From Trypethelium eluteriae (Eukaryota): DNA of 43,576 nt. This document shows positions 36,065 through 43,576 of this stretch, one piece after another. Numbering within the stretch: position 1 is the stretch's first letter; every line of letters begins with the position of its first letter. Position numbers and translations under genes: made by a program. Location of the stretch: positions 1 through 43,576 of the forward strand of contig JAVECL010000147.1 in NCBI GenBank assembly GCA_051942245.1. The letters are read 5' to 3'. The notes below the pieces were generated by a model. That model was given only the letters and a program-made list of their open reading frames with translations, was not told where the DNA came from and ran no database searches.

Positions 36065-37205
36065 ATGGCACCTCAATTGGCATTCTTAGGGTTGGGTGCA
36101 ATGGGACGGGTAACCCCATAGATGTAAATCAGAATGATTAATGAATTTCCTGTTGACTGCTACAGGGTATAACCAAGAACTTGATTCTGAAGGGAAATCT
36201 CGAAAACCCCCCGATGTTATGGAATAGAACCACTTAGGTTGCAGTCGATCATAGTATCAGCGTGGGTCACTCGTTAGTACTTGAAACTATTGAACAAGTA
36301 CTAGCGAGGGCAAACATCATCTGGTCATGCTTCTCAGAAGAGGCTGCAGTTCTCGAAAGTTTTGAGACCAGTCTGCAGCATAACCTGAAAGGCAAACTAT
36401 TCATTGAATGCTCAACGATCACTGCAGAAGGGACAAACATAATTTCAGAGGGAATCATCGCTGCTGGCGGTCAGTTTGTAACGATGCCTGGTGAGATCAT
36501 TGACTGGAAATAAGGTGACTGCAATGAAGCATAGCCTGACAACATATCTATGCCCAGTCTTCGGAGAGCCGGGAATGGCTGAAGCTGCCCTCCTCACTTG
36601 CCTTCCGGCGGGGAAAAAGGAACCTGTCCAGCATGTTCTGCCATACTTGAAAGGAGTGTAAGGAACACTCCCCTCCATGCTTGACACGTTCTGACAGAGC
36701 CCGCTCACTCTCTAGGATTGGCAGAGCCGTGATCGATCTGAGCGACCAAAATCCAGGTTTTGCGTCACATATGAAGCTTTTGGGCAATTTTTTGATCGTC
36801 CAGATGATCGAAAGTGTTGCAGAGGCACATGTGCTTGCAGAGAAGACGGGACTGGGATCGAGTTATCTTCATCAACTTATTGAAAGTATCTGGGGCGGTG
36901 CTTACAGTATTTATTCCGAGCGTATGAGATCTGGCAACTACTACACACAACAGGTAATGTTTGAAATTTTTCCATGCTCTTGTAAAATGCGCTAATTTAA
37001 AAAGCCCATCGTCAACGTGAGCATGGCGAGAGACGTTGCCTCTCATGTATTGGCTTTGGCGGAGCACTCCGGCACGGAACTGAAAGCATACAAGATTGCT
37101 GCTCATCACTTGGATGAGGTACAAAAGCAGGCCGGCAAAGATGGCGATATCTCTGGGATCTACGGTGCCGTGAGGCAAGAGAGCGGGTTGCCATTTGAGA
37201 GGTGA
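36065..37205 (+). pseudogene. Beta-hydroxyacid dehydrogenase / 6PGD NAD-binding family gene with one in-frame stop
   Basis: Exon 1 36065-36109 MAPQLAFLGLGAMGR (Rossmann), exon 2 from 36166 ...WNRTT*VAV (TAG at 36235-36237), LFIECST, PVFGEPG, MKLLGNFLI, DISGIYGAVRQESGLPF. The other exons splice cleanly. Confidence 0.8.
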
Positions 37206-38818
37206 ATTCAGTGACAACCCTAATTATTCCAGCACAATTTCAGCTGTATCTTCACAAGGTCATAAGGTAGCCAGAAGTGACTGCTTTTTCAAGTGGGCGG
37301 GACGAATTACCTAGCTGAGCGAAACCCTGATCTAGCCCAGCTGCCCAATTGCCAAAAGAGTAATTCCAAATTTCCAATGACCATTTACGGCACATGTAGG
37401 CCCTAAACTTTTTTTACTGTGTAGCTATTCGCTTAGATCACCATGTGTTAGTAGAGTCCGGGCTCCTGAAGGCGTACGATCGGAGCAACAGAACCACGAA
37501 TCCTCAATACCAAGAGCGCAACCGCGCTGAGCACGAAAGAGCACCATGCGGCATGTTTGGCCTTCCGCACCGCTGTTGTAGGAACAAAGCCGTCATCTAG
37601 CAGCCACAGCAGCGCTAGTAGCGTGGCATGGGATTCTTGCTGAAGCATTCGGGTGGGTATGAGCTCGTTCTTCGTCATCCATAAGTGTCGTTACTCGAAA
37701 CTGTACACATATCATCCAGCCCCAATTCAGGGTTGAAGTGTGACAGATTTCGATAGGTGCAGAAGGACACATAGTGAATTCTTGACAGAGATCTATTGCG
37801 TTCTGATGTACTGTGCTCCAAGAGCTGTTTTCGTCAATTCTTAGCAAGTTGACGGTAGAGAGTAAAGCTTCTTAAATGAGAACTTCCGTGGTGAGAATTT
37901 CAAGTATAAAAATCGGTGGGGCATTCTAAGCGAAGTTGACTGTTTCGGGAGCGAGGAACAAGCTTAGTACGTCGAGAAGTTTACTTGCCCTGGGCTCGGC
38001 GATCTGGAGGCGACGTGAGGTCGAGTTCATAGGGCGCCTTCTGCCGATAGTACTGCGACGCTGAGGCATACGCCATCGGCGTGGCCGGTGTGATTGGTCA
38101 GGAATTTTCAGACCGATGCTCAATCTGAATAATTAGGCTATAAAGGCGTTTTCTGGGTACATTTATCGGATGTGCTTTGACGGAGTCTCTTTATGCCCTT
38201 GTACCGTATGGGGTTTTGTTAGCAGGGAGCCGGCTGAGTCACGTGCACTGCAAAACTCCGTGCCTTACCTTAGGTAGTGCTGAGGCTGAGCTGCAGAATT
38301 AATTAAACAAAAATACCTTACTAAGTGACGGACTTGGCAATGCGTCCTGAAAGGGGGACGCTAATAAGCTAGACTTTCGTTGCCAAGCCGGCGATTTTTC
38401 CATGGCGGCTGGGGAAAACCAAAAATTTCCCTTGCTTTTGTGACGCTCTGTCAGCCTCCGTCCCGTGCGGGTCTTTACTAGATCCTGCGCGAAGTAACCT
38501 AATGGGGGAAATTTCATGCGCATACCATTGCGAGTAAGATATTCTTGGTTACCCCTGTGTGGGAAGGGGGACGATTCCGTGCGAACGAGCCCCAAAATTG
38601 TTCATTCGACCCTTTCGAACCTATTTCTGTCTCTTTAGTCCAGCTGTAGCCTGGATGCTGAACCCATTTAGTAGATGAAGCCGCTGTAGCCTTCCAGCCG
38701 ATACGCCACTTCGTGATCATTACATGAAACGGTGAAGATGCCTAGGTCATTTTACGTTGATGTCTTGGATGCGCCCTCAAAGGATCGTTGAAGCCTAAAT
38801 TCTACTCACGCTTGGGGG

Positions 38819-38825
38819 TATAAAA
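38819..38825 (+). promoter_or_regulatory. TATA box of the LysM gene
   Basis: TATAAAA ~120 bp upstream of the ATG at 38944. Confidence 0.5.
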
Positions 38826-38943
38826 GAGCCGGCAATCCAGCTGTAGTTCCAGAGCATCAAGCGATTGAAGTCAGTCTTTCTTTCAACCTGATCAATCAGA
38901 CGCAATCCTTTGAGCATTTTCTTGACCGCTTCATACAAGCACG

Positions 38944-39562
38944 ATGTTCTCCAAATTCACGACTCTCGTTTTGACCACGCTGGTGGCGACTGCGGCATGC
39001 TCGCCCTTCCCTGCTGCTGTACTGGAGACCAATACACTCGTGCCTCGCCAGGACAACTGTATGTCCTCTATTTTCTATGCGTCCTTGACCCTAGCTAATA
39101 ATACCAACAGGTACCGAGTATTGCAGTGTAGACGCAGGCTGCACTTGTACAGTCCGTCCCTCTGACTGCACGGCCTTCTACGAGGTCCAAGCCGGCGACA
39201 CTTGCCTTGCGATCGGCCAGAAGTTCAATAACTTCACCCTCTCCCAGCTCTACCGATGGAACCCATCCATGACCCTCAACTGTTATCTTCAAGCCTACGT
39301 TCCCATCTGCATCAACACCCCTTGGTACACATTCACGCCTCCCATTCAGCCCCCTTACGGCACTCACTACACTCTGTCGCAAGATCCGGTGCCCATCATG
39401 CCCGGCATTATCGATACCTGCCAGGAATATGAGATCGTGGGGCCAGGCGAGAGGACGGATCAGTTGGCGGCGGAGAATGGGTTCAATGTGACGGACTTCC
39501 CGAAGTGGAATGGGAATGCGACGACTGCTTGGCAGGATTATTGGGCGTGCGTAAAGGCATAA
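38944..39562 (+). CDS. Small secreted Cys-rich protein with two LysM domains (LysM effector-like)
   Basis: Signal peptide MFSKFTTLVLTTLVATAACSP and intron 39059-39110. LysM1 CTAFYEVQAGDTCLAIGQKFNNFTLSQLYRWNPSMTLNCYLQAYVPICI; LysM2 CQEYEIVGPGERTDQLAAENGFNVTDFPKWN...YWACV. Confidence 0.85.
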
Positions 39563-39890
39563 TCGGCGAAGAGAGCTGTGATGGAGATTGCTTTGAAGGA
39601 ATGGGGAATTTACGATTGATGGTAGCACTTGGAGGGAACACTCATTTACGAGGAAATATCACCGTTAGATAGAGAAACCCCCTGGCCCCTGCGGCCTTTA
39701 GTTTAATTAGTTCGTCAGCAGCCTTGCCCCATCATTGCCACCGGTGCATCACCATCACTTAAACAGCAAGACTAAGATCAATCCTTCGAACCCACTAAGA
39801 ACCCCTAATTCCCCTTGTGTCTCTTAATTGCGATTGTTTCGAATCTTAACCCCGAACGTAGCCGAGACTGACACGCCATCGCACTCCGAG

Positions 39891-42800
39891 ATGGAAGTAA
39901 AGCCCATCGGCCCGACCGTGGTCTACGAGCCGAGCAACGGCAAATTACACGACCTTGAGTAAGCCTACCTTACTGCGGCTGGGGGGTTCCTCAACTAGTA
40001 ATTAATACAATGTCATTTCGACTTTACTGTTATGACCTTGGCCCCCCATGTGAACGCCACCTTAACATGGGTCAACACGGTCATAACAGTTAAACTGGGG
40101 TAACATTGTATTAATTACCAGTTGAGGAACCCCCCAGCCGCAGTAGTAGTGGCGCTGATGGCGCGCCTCAGTCATTAGGAACGTGAACAAAGGGAATTAA
40201 TGCTCTGAAATATAGTATAGTGTTCGTCCATGGTCTTTTTGGACACCCAAAGAAGTCTTGGTCTCTCAACGTGCCGATCGACGGTTCCAGTAATGTCCCG
40301 CATGAGACCAGCAATGAGAGCGATACGGAATTGCCACCTCGGAAGAAACGTCGCACGAAAAGCAGAGAACTCTTTCGCGAGGTTTTTTGGCCCCAACATC
40401 TTCTGCCAGAGGTCTTTCCCCAGGCACGCGTCTTGACCTGGGGTTATGATGTCCAGATTGAGCAGTTGTTGAACTCGACGTCCCAAGCGTCGCTTTTTCA
40501 CCATGCAGAGAACCTCTTATCTGACCTCGTGATGTTAAGGAAGACAGAGGTCGAGAGACGATCACCGTTGCTTTTTATCGCTCATAGCCTTGGTGGAATC
40601 GTCGTAAAAGATGCTCTTGGTAGCTCTGGCCAGGCCCGGAAGCTCTCCGAGCAAATTGTATCTGCTACGCTTGGTGTGATGTTCTTGGGAACGCCTCACT
40701 ATGGATCAAACGTGGCATCCTTAGGTAGAATTGTTTTCGAGTTATCTAAGGTTTTTCTTAAGAAGCCCAATCTTCAGATTCTTCGTGGATTGGAGACCGA
40801 TTCGGAAATCTTAGAGCGAATTTCAAGAAGTTTTGGCCAAATACTTGCCGCCGCGAGAATCAAGGTTCATTCTTTTCGAGAGGAGCTTCCTACCAAGGGA
40901 GTGATGATAGTTAGTCCGGCATCCTCGACAACAGGCTATTTACATGAGACTCGAGGCTCGCTTCATGCGAACCATCGAAATATGGCTAAGTTCTCGTCCC
41001 CTGAAGAGATCAAATTTGAAAGAGTTACATCTGTGCTACGGGACTGGGTCAATGAATATTTCGAGAATCAAAAATCTCTACAGAATTGCCATGTCATGAG
41101 TGATACATGCGAGCTTCCAGATGGGTTGATATTCGACAAAGAGCTGCAGATGTGCTTAAGAACTCTCTATTCTCGCGATGCAAAGAGTCGCTTTGAGGAC
41201 GTTGAACCTACTTTTCGGCAGACATACAGCTGGCTCTTTGATCGTAAAGTTGGTTTCGAAGACTGGTTACAAGGCAAAGTGTCAAGCAATATCTACTGGA
41301 TTCAAGGGAAACCGGCGTCCGGAAAGTCTACGCTGATGAAATTTGCCATGACTTCTGATCTGACGCGCGAATTTCTCAAACAATATGACGAAAATTATTG
41401 GGTGGTTGCAGGATTTTTTTTCCACGACCGCGGAACAAGTGCTCAAAAGTCGGCGGAAGGTTTCCTGCAGCACATCCTCCACCAACTATTAATGCAGCAA
41501 AATCAGCTTTTTGAGCTTATTTACCCGATATCCAAGCGTGTACTCGAGGAAGAATTGGGCTGGAGCACTGATAGTGGTAGACCTTTACCAATCGCATGGA
41601 ATCTGGACTCTGTTCGGAAAGCTCTAACACTGATTGGACGAAAGTCAATTACCAAAGTCAACATTTGCCTTTTCGTCGACGCTCTGGATGAACATGCTGG
41701 TGGCCACAGAGAATTAATTCTTATCTTAAAAGACATCGCTGAATTTACCAAGAATCCTTTCTTTCGAGTACGTTTGATTCTGGCTGGTCGTCCTGAAAAC
41801 GTATTTAGAACTGCCTTTCAGGATTGTCCAGGATTCTCTATTCACAACCACACTACTGAAGACATTCGGCAGTACACGAAGGGAAGAGTGCAACAAGAGT
41901 GGCAGCGTGTCCTCACCACGCAGCCAAGGGAAGAGCTGGAGATCTTGACTGAAAGAATCGTTGAGAAAGCAGAGGGCGTCTTTCTCTGGGTCAAGCTAGT
42001 TGTCGACGAAATTGTGGAGGGCCTTTGTGAAGGAGATACCGATGAGGAGTTAGAAACGCTACTCTCAACAATGCCTACTGAACTTGGAGACTTATACACG
42101 AGAGCCCTCCGTCGTCGCTCGCGCAGCTCATTGGAAATCATAGCGAAGTACCCAGAAGAGGCCTACGTCATGTTTCAGATCCTCTCTTGTACCTTTCAGC
42201 CAATTACTCTCTATTACTTCCTAGCTGCGACGCTCTTTCTTACTACTGGAGAGGATACTTACCCTAATTTACAAAGACTTTCTCAGGAGCAAATGGAGCG
42301 CAGGCTGAACAGTAGATCAGCCGGGCTGCTGGAAGTGACGAGAGCGGAACCGAAATTTGTGCAATTCATCCATCAAACGGTGAAAGAGTTTATAAAAAGT
42401 GCAAATGGTAATGAGGTACTCAAAGAAGGCTTGCTTGGCAAACGCCTTGAAAGTGGATATCGCCTGATGTTTCGCTACATATTGAAACTCTGCGAATTCT
42501 TCGTACCAGACACTCCAGATCATGATGCACAGCATTTCGTAGGATCGCTTTTTCCTTACTACGCAGCGTTCCTTGAATGGAGAGAAGAGTGGCGCGTTGC
42601 TGACTCTTTCGAATCTGCAATTCTTGGACGACCAAAAACGGTAGAGCAAAAAATTATCCTATGCATCCTTAGCACCATTGGCTATGAGCACACGGGTGTA
42701 AATTGGATTGTTAGAAAGACACATACATGCCGTTGCCTATTCTTTTTTGTCTGTAATTTACCCTTGTCATTCAAGGATTATGTTTCGAGACAGAAGACCA

Positions 42801-42958
42801 ACATGGATCGAGACGAACTCCATGTAGTCTTGGACTCGATTTCATCGTCAAGATATGGCACCTTTACATGGTACGACGAACCCCGTCGTTCAGCGCATCT
42901 CAGAGAAAGCCGAGCCCGGTTCTTGCAAATATTGATGGATGAGGGTCTCGTTGCATAA
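39891..42958 (+). CDS. Fungal NLR-like STAND protein: SesB-like alpha/beta-hydrolase + NACHT (936 aa)
   Basis: Exon 1 39891-39958 (MEVKPIGPTVVYEP...), intron 39959-40215, exon 2 40216-42958. DIVFVHGLFGH, RVLTWGYD, FIAHSLGG (nucleophile elbow), FLGTPHYGS, ANHRNMAKF; Walker A GKPASGKST (41306-41332), Walker B LFVDALDE, AEGVFLWVKLV and FIHQTVKEF. Confidence 0.9.
39973..40143. mobile_element. 171-bp MITE-like foldback element, copy 1 (inside NLR intron 1)
   Basis: ctgcggctggggggttcctcaact...agttgaggaaccccccagccgcag; inverted arms extend ~65 bp to actgttatgacc/ggtcataacagt. Flanked by TA (39971-39972, 40144-40145), consistent with a Tc1/mariner-type TSD. Confidence 0.85.
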
Positions 42959-42966
42959 ATACCTTA

Positions 42967-43137
42967 CCGTGATTGGGGGGGTTCCTCAACTGGGAATCAA
43001 TACAATGTTATTTCATCTTTACTGTTATGACCTTGCTGGCCCTGTTAACGCCGCTTTAACATTGGTCAATCTGGTCATAACAGTAAAGATGAAATAACAT
43101 TGTATTGATTTCCAGTTGAGGAACCCCCCCTCCATGG
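42967..43137. mobile_element. 171-bp MITE-like foldback element, copy 2 (8 bp after the NLR stop codon)
   Basis: gggggggttcctcaactgggaatcaatacaatgttatttcatctttactgttatgacc ... ggtcataacagtaaagatgaaataacattgtattgatttccagttgaggaaccccccc, with near-perfect arms. TA flanks at 42965-42966 and 43138-43139; same length and loop orientation as copy 1. Confidence 0.88.
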
Positions 43138-43367
43138 TAAGGCACGCAACTACACGCCCGAGAGGGTGAGGAGAATTCTATCCGAAGCCAGCGGAGAGTC
43201 AGGGAGAAGTAATCAGTGTACCGGTCATTCCATTGCTATGGGTTCTAGATATATCTCTGAAAGCGACTGAAAGAGATTCTGTAGACAAATGCTCTTCATT
43301 TCACTGCTCACGAATCCCCGGGATGGGCAATTCAGAGTTATTTTTCTAGGGGGTAGCTCAAAGGACT

Positions 43368-43576
43368 TCATATCCCGTTGTAGTCAGGGTCGTTCTCATC
43401 GTCGTCCTCGATCACCTCCTCGTATCCTCCTTTCCCCTCGTCTTCTTCGTCCTCTCCATCCTCTTCTCCTCCGTCTGAATCCTCATCATCATCGTTCAAT
43501 TCCGGTATCTTGTCAGAAGCCGCTTCATCTGTCTCCTCCACAACAACACTACTCACTTTCTTCCTCGGCCTCCCCC
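43368..43576 (-). CDS. Acidic C-terminal end of a gene that starts beyond the window
   Basis: Open Asp/Glu-rich frame (EETDEAASDKIPELNDDDEDSDGGEEDGEDEEDE...DPDYNGI*) running to the window edge; product unidentifiable. Confidence 0.6.
   Translation of the reverse strand, partial: GRPRKKVSSVVVEETDEAASDKIPELNDDDEDSDGGEEDGEDEEDEGKGGYEEVIEDDDENDPDYNGI

Noticed and set aside
37448..38123. Short minus-strand ORFs between the dehydrogenase and LysM genes
   Set aside because: Could not be spliced into a coherent frame and show no recognisable motifs.
38320..38760. Several short hairpins (cttggcaa/ttgccaag, gcgtcc/ggacgc) suggesting a structured RNA such as RNase P/MRP
   Set aside because: Conserved P4 pseudoknot motifs not found; stems are short enough to be chance in the LysM promoter.
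39891..40400. Amyloid signalling motif (HET-s/sigma/PP type) at the NLR N-terminus
   Set aside because: The N-terminus goes straight into an alpha/beta-hydrolase fold; no G/N/Q-rich pseudo-repeats and no adjacent effector gene with a matching motif.

Overview
Intron-rich eukaryotic DNA from a filamentous ascomycete (inferred from GT-AG introns of about 50-70 nt with CTRAC/CTAAY branch sites, and from the gene families present). The first ~7.4 kb is a compact housekeeping block: DPB4, SF3A2/PRP11, PAC2/TBCE, a small hypothetical protein and a SUZ-domain protein. The rest looks accessory. It holds a secreted Pro-rich heptad-repeat protein, an amidase, a PTH11-like receptor, an MFS transporter, an AsaB/CmcJ-like oxygenase, a GNAT acetyltransferase and an STL1-like sugar porter. 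Further right is an intact, intronless A-T-TE NRPS-like enzyme of the alpha-keto-acid-dimerising class. Its three nearest recognisable neighbours are damaged: a BVMO fragment, a PTH11-like gene and a beta-hydroxyacid dehydrogenase with one nonsense codon. The window ends with a secreted two-LysM protein and an alpha/beta-hydrolase-NACHT (NLR-like) gene. The most striking non-coding structure is a pair of 171-bp near-palindromic, TA-flanked MITE-like elements in the same orientation. One lies in intron 1 of the NLR gene and the other 8 bp after its stop codon, so together they bracket its whole large exon. All exon models and family calls were made by eye; no database searches were run.
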